Shown in pieces: positions 7,283 to 15,848 of a stretch of 32,000 nt of DNA (the first letter of the stretch is position 1; each line of letters opens with the position of its first letter). The stretch spans positions 120,001 to 152,000 of the forward strand of contig NZ_BCZP01000013.1 of NCBI RefSeq assembly GCF_001598795.1. Reading direction: 5' to 3'. The position numbers were made by a program, and so were the translations under genes. Source of the DNA: Delftia acidovorans NBRC 14950 (lineage in GTDB: Bacteria > Pseudomonadota > Gammaproteobacteria > Burkholderiales > Burkholderiaceae_C). The notes below the pieces were generated by a model. That model saw only the letters and a list, made by a program, of their open reading frames with translations, was not told the DNA's origin and ran no database searches.

Positions 7283-9012
7283 AGAATTCCGCACAACGCA
7301 TGCTGCTGGCGCCCGCCGTGGCGCTGGCCCTGACGGGGCCCGTGCTGGCCGCCGGCGGCGATGTCGGCGTGGCCGCCAAGCAGGCCACCAACTGGACCGC
7401 CATCATTCTTTTCACGGCCTTCGTCGTGGCCACGCTGTGGATCACCAAGTGGGCTGCAGGCCGCACCAAGTCGGCCGCCGACTTCTATACGGCCGGTGGC
7501 GGCATCACGGGCTTTCAGAACGGCCTGGCGATTGCGGGCGACTACATGTCGGCCGCCTCCTTCCTGGGCATCTCGGCCTCGGTCATGGCCAGCGGCTATG
7601 ACGGCCTGATCTACTCCATCGGCTTCCTGGTGGGCTGGCCCATCCTGACCTTCCTGCTGGCCGAGCGCCTGCGCAACCTGGGCAAGTTCACCTTCGCCGA
7701 CGTGGCAGGCTACCGCTTCTCCCAGACGCCGTTCCGCGCCTTCGCGGCCAGCGGCACGCTGGTGGTGGTGGCCTTCTACCTGATCGCGCAGATGGTGGGC
7801 GCGGGCCAGCTGATCAAGCTGCTGTTCGGCCTGGACTACTGGATCGCCGTGGTGCTGGTGGGCGGCCTGATGATGATCTATGTGCTGTTCGGCGGCATGA
7901 CGGCCACGACCTGGGTGCAGATCATCAAGGCCTGCATGCTGCTGGCCGGCGTGACCTTCATGGGCTTCATGGTGCTGGCCAAGTACGGCTTCAGCCCCGA
8001 GGCGCTGTTCGCCGAAGGCGTGCGCGTGCGCTCCGAGATCGCTGCCAACAACGGCGCCGACCCCTCGGCCGCCGCCAAGGCGGGCCTGGCCATCATGGGC
8101 CCGGGCGGCTTCATCAAGGACCCGATCTCGGCCATCAGCTTCGGCATGGCGCTGATGTTCGGCACGCTGGGCCTGCCCCACATTCTGATGCGCTTCTTCA
8201 CCGTGCCCGACGCCAAGGAAGCACGCAAGAGCGTGTTCTGGGCCACGACCTGGATCGGCTACTTCTACGTGCTGATCTTCATCATCGGCTTCGGCGCCAT
8301 CACCCTGGTGCTGACCAATCCCGAGATGGCCGATACGGTCAAGGGCGTGATCCACGGCGGCGCGGGCACGGCCAACATGGCGGCCGTGCTGGTGGCCAAG
8401 AGCGTGGGCGGCGACGTGTTCTACGGCTTCATCTCGGCCGTGGCCTTCGCCACCATCCTGGCCGTGGTCGCGGGCCTGACGCTGTCGGGCGCCTCGGCCG
8501 TGTCGCATGACCTGTACGCCACCGTGATCAAGAAGGGCAAGGCCGACAGCGCCGCCGAGCTGCGCGTCTCGCGCATCACCACGCTGACGCTGGGCGCCAT
8601 CGCCGTGCTGCTGGGCATCGTGTTCGAGAAGCAGAACATCGCCTTCATGGTGTCGCTGGCCTTCGCGGTCGCGGCCTCGGCCAACTTCCCCCCGCTGCTG
8701 CTGTCGGTGCTGTGGAAGGACTGCACCACCAAGGGCGCGGTGATCGGCGGCTTCATGGGCCTGATCTCCTCCGTGGGCCTGACCGTGGTCTCGCCCCCGG
8801 TGTGGGAGGCCACGCTGGGCAACCCCGCAGGCTCGGCCTGGTTCCCCTACGCCTCGCCCGCGCTGTTCTCCATGACCATCGGCTTCGTGGGCGTGTGGCT
8901 GTTCTCGGTGCTCGACAAGAGCGCCCAGGCCGCCAAGGAACGCGCCATCTTCCCCGCGCAGCAGGTGCGCTCGGAAACAGGCCTTGGCGCCTCGGGTGCT
9001 TCGGGCCACTGA
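7279..9012 (+). CDS. actP: Cation/acetate symporter ActP (SSS family)
   Basis: 577 aa from the ATG at 7279. Near-colinear with E. coli ActP as I remember it: [106 protein letters not shown]. The track ORF start at 6838 is a spurious extension. Confidence 0.95.
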   Translation: MKNSAQRMLLAPAVALALTGPVLAAGGDVGVAAKQATNWTAIILFTAFVVATLWITKWAAGRTKSAADFYTAGGGITGFQNGLAIAGDYMSAASFLGISASVMASGYDGLIYSIGFLVGWPILTFLLAERLRNLGKFTFADVAGYRFSQTPFRAFAASGTLVVVAFYLIAQMVGAGQLIKLLFGLDYWIAVVLVGGLMMIYVLFGGMTATTWVQIIKACMLLAGVTFMGFMVLAKYGFSPEALFAEGVRVRSEIAANNGADPSAAAKAGLAIMGPGGFIKDPISAISFGMALMFGTLGLPHILMRFFTVPDAKEARKSVFWATTWIGYFYVLIFIIGFGAITLVLTNPEMADTVKGVIHGGAGTANMAAVLVAKSVGGDVFYGFISAVAFATILAVVAGLTLSGASAVSHDLYATVIKKGKADSAAELRVSRITTLTLGAIAVLLGIVFEKQNIAFMVSLAFAVAASANFPPLLLSVLWKDCTTKGAVIGGFMGLISSVGLTVVSPPVWEATLGNPAGSAWFPYASPALFSMTIGFVGVWLFSVLDKSAQAAKERAIFPAQQVRSETGLGASGASGH

Positions 9013-9044
9013 GCCACCGAGCCCCTCAGGCACCCACCATGAAA

Positions 9045-9070
9045 AGCCGGGCCCAGCGCCCGGCTTTTTC
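9045..9070 (+). terminator. Rho-independent terminator after actP
   Basis: AGCCGGGC-CCAGC-GCCCGGCT followed by TTTTTC, about 33 nt after the actP stop. Confidence 0.75.
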
Positions 9071-9229
9071 GTTGGCGTGGCAGCAGCCGCCCTCAGATTG
9101 ATCGGCTGGAGAAGGCGCGCGATCGGATCTGCGATGGCCGGCACCGTCCAGGCCTCTAGACTTGCGGGGTCTGCGCAGCTTCGCGTGTGCAGCACCGCTT
9201 CCCTCTTCAACGCACAGGACAGATCCGAC

Positions 9230-9865
9230 ATGCAACTCATCAGCCAAAGCTTCCAGGACGGCCAGGCGATTCCCGGCGAATTCGCGTTTGCGGTGCCCGA
9301 TGCGGCCTCGCACGTGGCGCTGTCGTCCAACCGCAACCCGCACCTGGCCTGGAGCGGCGCGCCTGCGGGCACGCAGTCCTTCGTCGTGGTCTGCCATGAC
9401 CCCGACGTGCCCAGCCGCGGCGACGATGTGAACCAGGAAGGCCGCGAAGTGCCGGCCAGCCTGCCGCGCGTGGATTTCTTCCACTGGCTGCTGCTGGACA
9501 TTCCGGCCGCCACCACCGAGATCGCGGCAGGCGCCCATTCCGACGGCGTCACGCCGCGCGGCAAGAGCGGCCCGGCCGCCCCCGGCGGCCTGCGCCACGG
9601 CATCAACGACTACACGGGCTGGTTCGCGGGCGACGAGCAGATGAAGGGCGACTACTTCGGCTACGACGGCCCCTGCCCTCCGTGGAACGACAGCATCGTC
9701 CACCACTACATCTTCACCGTCTATGCGCTGGCCACGCCCACGCTGGCGGTCTCCGGCGAGCTGACCGGCGCCAACGTGCGCGCGGCGCTGCAAGCCGGCC
9801 AGGTGCTGGGAAAGGCCAGCATCACCGGCCTGTACAGCCTGAACCCGTCAGTCTCCGCCGCTTGA
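9230..9865 (+). CDS. YbhB/YbcL family phosphatidylethanolamine-binding (PEBP/Raf-kinase-inhibitor-like) protein
   Basis: 211 aa from the ATG at 9230. MQLISQSFQDGQAIPGEF... parallels the E. coli YbhB N-terminus MKLISNDLRDG. Also NPHLAWSGAPAGTQSFVVVCHDPDVP and HHYIFTVYAL. Confidence 0.85.
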   Translation: MQLISQSFQDGQAIPGEFAFAVPDAASHVALSSNRNPHLAWSGAPAGTQSFVVVCHDPDVPSRGDDVNQEGREVPASLPRVDFFHWLLLDIPAATTEIAAGAHSDGVTPRGKSGPAAPGGLRHGINDYTGWFAGDEQMKGDYFGYDGPCPPWNDSIVHHYIFTVYALATPTLAVSGELTGANVRAALQAGQVLGKASITGLYSLNPSVSAA

Positions 9866-9886
9866 GCGAACGCCTTTCCGGGCGCC

Positions 9887-10540
9887 CTACGTCGCGCCGG
9901 CCAGCCTGCGCAGCTTGATGAAGGCCAGCGCCGCCATCACGGCGTCGTTGAGCGCGTCGTGGGCCTCGCGCTGCGGCAGGCCCAGGTCGGCCATCAGCGT
10001 GGCAAAGCGCAGGTCGATCTCGGGCGCCTGCTGCTGCCAGGGCAGCAGTTGCCGGAAGCGGTGGTCGTAGTACAGGGCCGAGACCTCGATGCGCTCGTTG
10101 GGCAGGCCCGTGCCCAGCCAGGGGCGCAGCACGCGCTCGATCATGGCCGCGTCGAATTCCAGGTAGTAGCCGACCAGCGGCCGGCTGCCGATGAAGCGCA
10201 GCAGCTGCGCCAGCGCGTCCTCGATGGCCAGGCCCCGGGCCAGGTCCCGCTCGCGCAGGCGGTGGATGCGCACGCTGTCGCCGGGCACGCTGCGCGAGGG
10301 GCGCACCAGCAGCTCCAGGCGCTGGCTGGACAGGATGCGCTCGCCCACGATGCGCACGGCGCCGATGGAGATGATCTGGTCGCAGCGCACATCCAGGCCC
10401 GTGGTCTCGCAGTCCAGCGCCACCCATTCGCCGGGCGGCGGCGCGTCGAAGAGAAAGGCATAGGCGGGGTCCGCCAGCCTGCGCCGCTGCCAGTTGCGCC
10501 GCAGGCCCGCCACCCAGCGCTGCAAGGGCGCCACGCTCAT
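9887..10540 (-). CDS. DnaQ-like 3'-5' exonuclease (DEDDh, Pol III epsilon-like domain)
   Basis: 217 aa from the ATG at 10540. Motifs: ExoI VALDCETTGLD, ExoII region LVGYYLEFDAAM, ExoIII HDALNDAV. The start overlaps the upstream stop as ATGA (10537-10540). Confidence 0.88.
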   Translation of the reverse strand: MSVAPLQRWVAGLRRNWQRRRLADPAYAFLFDAPPPGEWVALDCETTGLDVRCDQIISIGAVRIVGERILSSQRLELLVRPSRSVPGDSVRIHRLRERDLARGLAIEDALAQLLRFIGSRPLVGYYLEFDAAMIERVLRPWLGTGLPNERIEVSALYYDHRFRQLLPWQQQAPEIDLRFATLMADLGLPQREAHDALNDAVMAALAFIKLRRLAGAT

Positions 10541-12390
10541 ACCGCGTCCAGCCGCAGGCGCTGGCGCAGCAGTTCGCGGAAGCGCCGCACCACGGCCAGC
10601 GTGTCCTTGAGCAGGTCGCGCTCCAGGCTGCTCAGGCGCGCCGGGTCCACATGGCCGGTGACGGGGCGGCCCAGGTCGATCTCGGCCAGTCCCGCCTGCA
10701 GGCGCAGGCCCATGAGGAAATGCAGGCCCTGGAGCAGCTCCTGGCCCTGGGCGCCGTCGAGCACGCCCTTGTCCACCAGGGCCGCGATGCGCTCGGCCGT
10801 GCCGGTGGCGGCGATGCGCTGGGACAGCGCCAGGCTGCGCACGCCATGCACGATGGGGAAGATGCCGGCCTTCTTGAGGTGCACGGGCGCGCCCTCGCCG
10901 CCGCGGCCCAGCAGCCGCTCCCACCAGCTGCCCGGCTCGTGCGCGAAGGCATCGACGGCCGAGGCGAAGCGCGCCACCTGGGCATCGCTATCCAGGGCCA
11001 GCGCCATCAGGTCGCGCCGCACCGTGGCCAGCAGCGCGGCATCGCCGGCCACGGCATGGGCGTCCAGGAAGATCGCCAAGTGCATGAGGCCCTCGGGGCC
11101 GGGCAGGATCAGCCATTCGCGCACCTGCCTGCCGAAGCTGGCCACCGTGCCGCGCCATTGCGGATTGCTGAGCATGATGCCGCCCGGGCATTCGGGGTAG
11201 CCAAAGCGCTGCAGCTGCGCGGAAAAGCGCGCGCAGATGGCATCGAGGTCCTGGGGCGGCGCATAGCCGTCGCGCAGCAGCAGGCCGTTGTCCTGGTCGG
11301 TCTTGAGCAATTGCTCGCCGCGCCCCTCGCTGCCCATGACGAAGAGGCAGCTGTGGGCCACCAGGTCCGGCGGCGCCAGCATCTGCCAGGCACGCTCGAA
11401 CAGGCGGGCATTGAGCTGCTGCACCAGCCGCGCCATCAGCGCCACCCGCGTGCCGCCCCGGTGCAGGGCGGCCACCAGGCGCGTGATCTGGGCGGCCGCC
11501 TGCTCCAGCGCCTGCAGGTCGGCTGCCTGCTCGATCTGCACGGTGATCAGGTGGGAGTGGTTGGCCAGGAAGCTGAACAGGTCCAGCGCCTCCAGGATGC
11601 CCAGCACCTGGCCCTGTGCATCCAGCACGGCCAGCCGGTGCACGCGCGCGCGCAGCAGCACGACCAGGGCATCGCCCAGCTGGTCGTCGGCGCGCACGGT
11701 GAACACGGGCTGGCTGGCGAACTCGCCCACGGCCAGCCGCTCCAGCGGGCGGCCGTCGAGGATGGCGCGCTGCAGCGTGGTGCCCGTGAAGATGCCCAGG
11801 CCGCCCTGCGGCAGTCCCGAGACCAGCACGCAGGTTGTGCGCTCTGCATGGAACAGGCGCACCACGGAGACGATGTCGGTGGCCGCATCCACCACATGGG
11901 CGGCACGCAGATAGGCCTGGTCCACGCGCGCCAGCGTCAGCGACTGCAATTCGTGCCGGTCGGCGCGCTGGGCCAATGTGCCCAGCTTGTGGCCCAGGTC
12001 GGAGAACAGCAGGGCGCCAAAGGCCGTGTTGCGCGCGATCAGCTCGCCCACGGTTTCGCGCGCAAGCTGGTAGGCGATGAGCTCCTCGGCCACGGTGAAG
12101 CGGCTGCCCGTGCGGCCGGCCACCAGGGCGCGGCCGTCGAAGCTGTCGTCGGGGCCGTAGCTGGCCAGCACCTCGTCGCCCTCGGTCTGCACCACATGGC
12201 CCTTGATGATGACGAAGAGGTGGGTGGGAGCCGAGCCCGCGTCCAGCACCACGGCGCCCTCGGGGAAGTAGGCGATGTCCACGCCATCGCGCACCAGCGC
12301 CTGTTCGTCGGGCGTGAGGCAGTCGAAGGGAGAGGCGGCGAAGTTGAAGGCGTTGGGCATGGGGCGGGGCCGTTGTTCCAGCCCCGCCAT
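10537..12390 (-). CDS. Signal-sensing nucleotidyltransferase: cNMP-binding-like domain, CBS pair, DUF294 Pol-beta-type NTase and DUF294_C
   Basis: 617 aa. N-terminus ...YFPEGAVVLDAGSAPTHLFVIIKGHVV (cNMP-binding fold), then a CBS-like region. NTase core CLFVMGSEGRGEQLLKTDQDNGLLL, followed by a helical C-terminal domain. The ATG at 12390 directly abuts the upstream stop, with GAAGG 5 nt upstream. An alternative start is MPNAF at 12360. Confidence 0.88.
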   Translation of the reverse strand: MAGLEQRPRPMPNAFNFAASPFDCLTPDEQALVRDGVDIAYFPEGAVVLDAGSAPTHLFVIIKGHVVQTEGDEVLASYGPDDSFDGRALVAGRTGSRFTVAEELIAYQLARETVGELIARNTAFGALLFSDLGHKLGTLAQRADRHELQSLTLARVDQAYLRAAHVVDAATDIVSVVRLFHAERTTCVLVSGLPQGGLGIFTGTTLQRAILDGRPLERLAVGEFASQPVFTVRADDQLGDALVVLLRARVHRLAVLDAQGQVLGILEALDLFSFLANHSHLITVQIEQAADLQALEQAAAQITRLVAALHRGGTRVALMARLVQQLNARLFERAWQMLAPPDLVAHSCLFVMGSEGRGEQLLKTDQDNGLLLRDGYAPPQDLDAICARFSAQLQRFGYPECPGGIMLSNPQWRGTVASFGRQVREWLILPGPEGLMHLAIFLDAHAVAGDAALLATVRRDLMALALDSDAQVARFASAVDAFAHEPGSWWERLLGRGGEGAPVHLKKAGIFPIVHGVRSLALSQRIAATGTAERIAALVDKGVLDGAQGQELLQGLHFLMGLRLQAGLAEIDLGRPVTGHVDPARLSSLERDLLKDTLAVVRRFRELLRQRLRLDAV

Positions 12391-13026
12391 TCAAACCTTC
12401 AGGCCTTGCTCCACGCTTGCAGCCGCATCCCAGCCGCTGTCGAACCAGCTGTCGCCTTCCAGGTAGGCGCGCAGCATGGGCAGGCTGTCCAGGCCCCAGA
12501 AGAGGCGGCCGTCGACCTCCCAGGCCGGCACGCCGAACAGGCCTTGCGCGGCGGCGGCGTCGGTGTTCTCGCGCAGCAGGCGCTTGGCGTTGTCCGCCGC
12601 ATCCGTGCGCAGCTGCGGCGCCAGCGTGGCGCGCAGTGCATCGAGCCGCGCGGGGTCCAGCGCGTCGGCACCGCCCAGCCAGACATGGCGCAGCACGGCG
12701 TCCGCCACAAAGCGGTTGATGGTGCCGTCATCGCTGCACTCCAGCGCCAGGCGCAGCAGCGGCAGCGGGTTGAACGGGTGGCGGGCCGGCATATCCAGCC
12801 CCACGCCCGTGGCATGGCCCAGCCAGCTCACATGGCGGTAGGTCCATTCGCGCTTGCCCGCGATGCCGGCCGGTCCCGGGTTGGCGTGGCGCTGCAGCAG
12901 CGCGCCCAGCAGCACGGGGCGGTACTGCATGTGGTGGCTGATGCCCTGCAGCGCCTGCGGCAGTTGCGCGAACGCCAGCCATGCATAGGGCGAGATGAAG
13001 TCGAGATGGAAGGTGATCTGCTTCAT
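12391..13026 (-). CDS. 2-hydroxychromene-2-carboxylate isomerase family protein (DsbA-like thioredoxin fold)
   Basis: 211 aa from the ATG at 13026. MKQITFHLDFISPYAWLAFAQLP... is the typical N-terminus of HCCA-isomerase/DsbA-like proteins. Also GVPAWEVDGRLFWGLDSL. The track start at 13377 is a spurious extension overlapping the DUF1289 gene. Confidence 0.82.
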   Translation of the reverse strand: MKQITFHLDFISPYAWLAFAQLPQALQGISHHMQYRPVLLGALLQRHANPGPAGIAGKREWTYRHVSWLGHATGVGLDMPARHPFNPLPLLRLALECSDDGTINRFVADAVLRHVWLGGADALDPARLDALRATLAPQLRTDAADNAKRLLRENTDAAAAQGLFGVPAWEVDGRLFWGLDSLPMLRAYLEGDSWFDSGWDAAASVEQGLKV

Positions 13027-13049
13027 GGCGGGTGCGTCGTGATGGGTAT

Positions 13050-13295
13050 CTAGGGTGCGGTGACTGCGATGCCTGCGCGCTCCAACAGCGCGTTCCAGAT
13101 CGCCAGGCGCTGCGGCGCATCGGACTTGGACCAGGCGCGGATCTCGTCGATGGTGCGAAAGCACCCTTCGCAATGGCTGCGGTCGGGCGTCATGCGGCAG
13201 ACCGAGATGCAGGGCGAGAGCACGGGTTCCTCTTCGGCACGCGGAGCGTATGCGGCGCGGGCCTTCTGGGCCAGCATTTCCTTGGGGCCCATCAT
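13050..13295 (-). CDS. DUF1289 (YdhL-like) small cysteine-rich putative Fe-S protein
   Basis: 81 aa. SPCISVCRMTPDRSHCEGCFRTIDEIRAWS matches the C-x3-C...C-x2-C DUF1289 pattern. The start overlaps the ybaK-like stop as ATGA. Confidence 0.8.
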   Translation of the reverse strand: MMGPKEMLAQKARAAYAPRAEEEPVLSPCISVCRMTPDRSHCEGCFRTIDEIRAWSKSDAPQRLAIWNALLERAGIAVTAP

Positions 13296-13795
13296 GCCGC
13301 CACCTCCTGCACCACGTCGGCCCAGGGCGCACCGGCCAGCAGTTGCAGCGCGGCCGGCGTGGCCGCGAACACCGCATGCGGATGGCCTGCTGCCGCCCAG
13401 ACGGTGTCGAAACGCTGCAGTTCCCGGTCCACCAGGGTCACGGGCGTGTTGGCATGGGCCACGGGGCTGACGCCGCCGATGGAAAAGCCCGTCTGCGCCT
13501 TGACGAAATCGGCATCGGCACGGCCCACGGGGCCGACCAGGGCGGCGACCTTTTTCTCGTCCACGCGGCGGTCGCCCGAGGCCACGACCAGCACGGCCAC
13601 GCCGTCGCTGCGGCGGCGGAAGATGATGCTCTTGGCCACCTGGCCCACGAGGATGCCCAGCTGGTCGGCCGCTTCCTGGGCCGTGCGCGCGGCGCCGTCC
13701 AGCATGCGCGGTCCGTCGCCGTGGCCGGCCTGCTGCAGGAAGGCCGCCACGCGCTGCACGCCTTCGGGAAGATGGTGGAGTTCAGATCCGCACAT
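13292..13795 (-). CDS. YbaK/EbsC-type aminoacyl-tRNA editing (trans-deacylase) domain protein
   Basis: 167 aa from the ATG at 13795. VAKSIIFRRRSDGVAVLVVASGDRRVDEKKV...GFSIGGVSPVAH is typical of the YbaK/ProX family. The start is 2 nt after the liuE stop, with GAGG 10 nt upstream. The track start at 13813 lacks an SD. Confidence 0.8.
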   Translation of the reverse strand: MCGSELHHLPEGVQRVAAFLQQAGHGDGPRMLDGAARTAQEAADQLGILVGQVAKSIIFRRRSDGVAVLVVASGDRRVDEKKVAALVGPVGRADADFVKAQTGFSIGGVSPVAHANTPVTLVDRELQRFDTVWAAAGHPHAVFAATPAALQLLAGAPWADVVQEVAA

Positions 13796-13797
13796 GC

Positions 13798-14739
13798 TCA
13801 CACCGCCTCGCATGCAGCCGCGCTGGCGCGCTTGGTAAGCAGTGCCTTGGCCACGCGCGACTGCGTGGGGCGGCCCAGGTGGTCGCTGATGAACTGGCCG
13901 GCGTCAATCAGCTTGTCCAGGTCGATGCCGGTCTCGATGCCCATGCCCTGCAGCATGTAGACCACGTCCTCCGTGGCCACATTGCCCGTGGCGCCCTTGG
14001 CGTAGGGGCAGCCGCCCAGGCCCGCCACCGAGGTGTCGAACTGCCACACGCCCAGCGACAGCGCGGCCAGCGTGTTGGACACGGCCTGGCCGTAGGTGTC
14101 GTGGAAGTGGCCCGAGACATCGTCGATGGCGAAGTGCTGCAGCGTGGCCTCGATGGCCTTGCGCACCTTGACGGGCGTGCCCACGCCGATGGTGTCGGCC
14201 ACGCCCACATGCTGCACGCCGATGCCCTTCATGAGCCCGGCCAGGTAGGCCACGCGCTCGGGGGCGATCTCGCCTTCGTAGGGGCAGCCCACGGTGCAGC
14301 TCATGGCGCCGCGCACGTAGATGCCCTGGGCGCGCGCGGCCTCGGCCACGGGGGCGAAGCGCTCGATGCTTTCGGCAATGGAGCAGTTGATGTTCTTCTG
14401 GCTGAAGGCCTCGCTGGCCGCGCCGAAGACCACGATCTCGTCGGGCCACAGTTCGCGCGGCGCCGACAGCGCGGCCTCCAGGCCCTTCATGTTGGGCGTG
14501 AGCACGCTGTAGCGCACGCCGGGGCGGCGGACGATGCCGGCCATGACTTCGGCGTTGTCGGCCATCTGCGGCACCCATTTGGGGCTGACGTAGCTGGTGA
14601 CCTCGATTTCCTTGAGGCCGGCATCCTGCAGGCGGTGCACCAGCTCGATCTTGACGGCGGCGGGCACGGGCTGTTTTTCATTCTGCAGGCCGTCGCGGGG
14701 GCCTACATCGACGAGTTTGACGCGGGAAGGAATGCTCAT
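13798..14739 (-). CDS. liuE: Hydroxymethylglutaryl-CoA lyase (LiuE/HmgL)
   Basis: 313 aa. VKLVDVGPRDGLQNEK, EVTSYVSPKWVPQMAD, HFHDTYGQAVSNTLAAL and GLGGCPYAKGATGNVATEDVVYML are hallmark HMG-CoA lyase motifs. Confidence 0.95.
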   Translation of the reverse strand: MSIPSRVKLVDVGPRDGLQNEKQPVPAAVKIELVHRLQDAGLKEIEVTSYVSPKWVPQMADNAEVMAGIVRRPGVRYSVLTPNMKGLEAALSAPRELWPDEIVVFGAASEAFSQKNINCSIAESIERFAPVAEAARAQGIYVRGAMSCTVGCPYEGEIAPERVAYLAGLMKGIGVQHVGVADTIGVGTPVKVRKAIEATLQHFAIDDVSGHFHDTYGQAVSNTLAALSLGVWQFDTSVAGLGGCPYAKGATGNVATEDVVYMLQGMGIETGIDLDKLIDAGQFISDHLGRPTQSRVAKALLTKRASAAACEAV

Positions 14740-14848
14740 GGGGTGTTCTCACCGGGATGACGGGTACGGCCCCTATTGTCCAGGCTTGCAGGCCCGGGCA
14801 CCACCCCATATCCTGCCGGGCCATGCACAACGGCTGCCAGCGCCCCCT

Positions 14849-15757
14849 TCAGCCGGGCAGGGCCGCCATTTCCTCGCGCAGCATCTCCACCATGCGCGCG
14901 GCAGCCGGCGACAGGCGGCGGCCGCTCAGGCGCACCAGGCCGATGGGGCGGCGCAGCACCGGCCGTGCCAGCGGGCGCGCCACCACTTCCGGCCGCTGCA
15001 CCACCTGGGCGGCCAGCAGCGGCAGCGCGCTCACACCCAGATCGGCGGCCACCATGGCCGCGATGGTGGCCAGGTGCTCCACGGCGTACTGGGGCGCAAA
15101 GCGTATGCCGTGGGTCAGCAGGGCCTCGTCGGCGTACTGGCGCACGCTGGTGCCGGCCGGCATGGAGATGTGGGGCAGATGGGCCACGTCGGCCCAGCCC
15201 AGATCGCCGCGCCCGCGCGCCAGCGCATGGCCGCGGCCCAGCAGCAGCACGAAGCGGTCGGAGGCCAGGGGCAGGTAGTCCAGGTCGGCATAGGCGGGGT
15301 TGGCCGCCGTGAGCGCAAAGTCCACGCGGCCCGCGCGCACCATGTCGAAGGCCGGTCCGGCCAGGCTGTCGAACAGCTCCAGATGCACGCCCGGATGCTC
15401 GGCCGCGAAGCGCGCCAGCACGCGGGGCAGCAGGCCCGCGGCCAGCGAAGGCAGGGCCGCCAGCGCCAGCCGGCCCACCTGCACCTGGGCCACCTCCTGC
15501 ACGCGGCGCACGGTCTCGTCCATCTGGTGGCGCAGGATGCGCGCCTGCTCGGCGAAGACCTCGCCGGCCTGGGTCAGTTCCACGGCGCGCGTGGTGCGCT
15601 CGAACAGGCGCGCGCCCAGCATCTCTTCCAGCCGCGCCAGCGTGCCCGAGACGGCCGACTGCGACAGGTGCATCTGCAGCGCCGTGCGCCGAAAGCTCAG
15701 CGAATCGGCCAGCGCCAGAAAGACATCGACCTCGCGGGCCGACCAATTGATCTTCAT
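14849..15757 (-). CDS. LysR-family transcriptional regulator
   Basis: 302 aa. N-terminal wHTH: REVDVFLALADSLSFRRTALQMHLSQSAVSGTLARLEEMLGARLFERTTRAVELTQAG. It is divergent from the dehydrogenase-BKACE-Bug genes and co-directional with liuE. Confidence 0.93.
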   Translation of the reverse strand: MKINWSAREVDVFLALADSLSFRRTALQMHLSQSAVSGTLARLEEMLGARLFERTTRAVELTQAGEVFAEQARILRHQMDETVRRVQEVAQVQVGRLALAALPSLAAGLLPRVLARFAAEHPGVHLELFDSLAGPAFDMVRAGRVDFALTAANPAYADLDYLPLASDRFVLLLGRGHALARGRGDLGWADVAHLPHISMPAGTSVRQYADEALLTHGIRFAPQYAVEHLATIAAMVAADLGVSALPLLAAQVVQRPEVVARPLARPVLRRPIGLVRLSGRRLSPAAARMVEMLREEMAALPG

Positions 15758-15848
15758 GGCCGATCAGTTTATCGAAAAATGCGTCTTTACCGTTCAATGA
15801 CGGCTGCCTAGACTGCGCCTCAAATCCATGAAATCAGCAGGAGACAGC

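Noticed and set aside
7213-9606. 797-aa minus-strand ORF, and similar long ORFs at 10651..13053 (+), 19790..22684 (+), 23271..25271 (+), 25127..27211 (-), 27130..28806 (+), 9959..11200 (+) and 4916..6178 (+)
   Set aside because: Each lies antisense to, or out of frame with, a gene whose product I recognise confidently (actP, the DUF294 NTase, liuD, liuB, the antiporter, the acyl-CoA synthetase, the MFS transporter). Their translations are low-complexity and Arg/Ala/Gly/His-rich. They are shadow ORFs caused by stop-codon depletion at high GC.
9887-12390. NTase + exonuclease pair considered as a CBASS/Pycsar-like antiphage defence module
   Set aside because: The NTase is the GlnD/DUF294 type with cNMP and CBS sensor domains, not a cGAS/DncV-like CD-NTase or a cyclase. 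There is no effector (phospholipase, TM, endonuclease, TIR) and no mobile-element context. It is embedded in a core metabolic operon.
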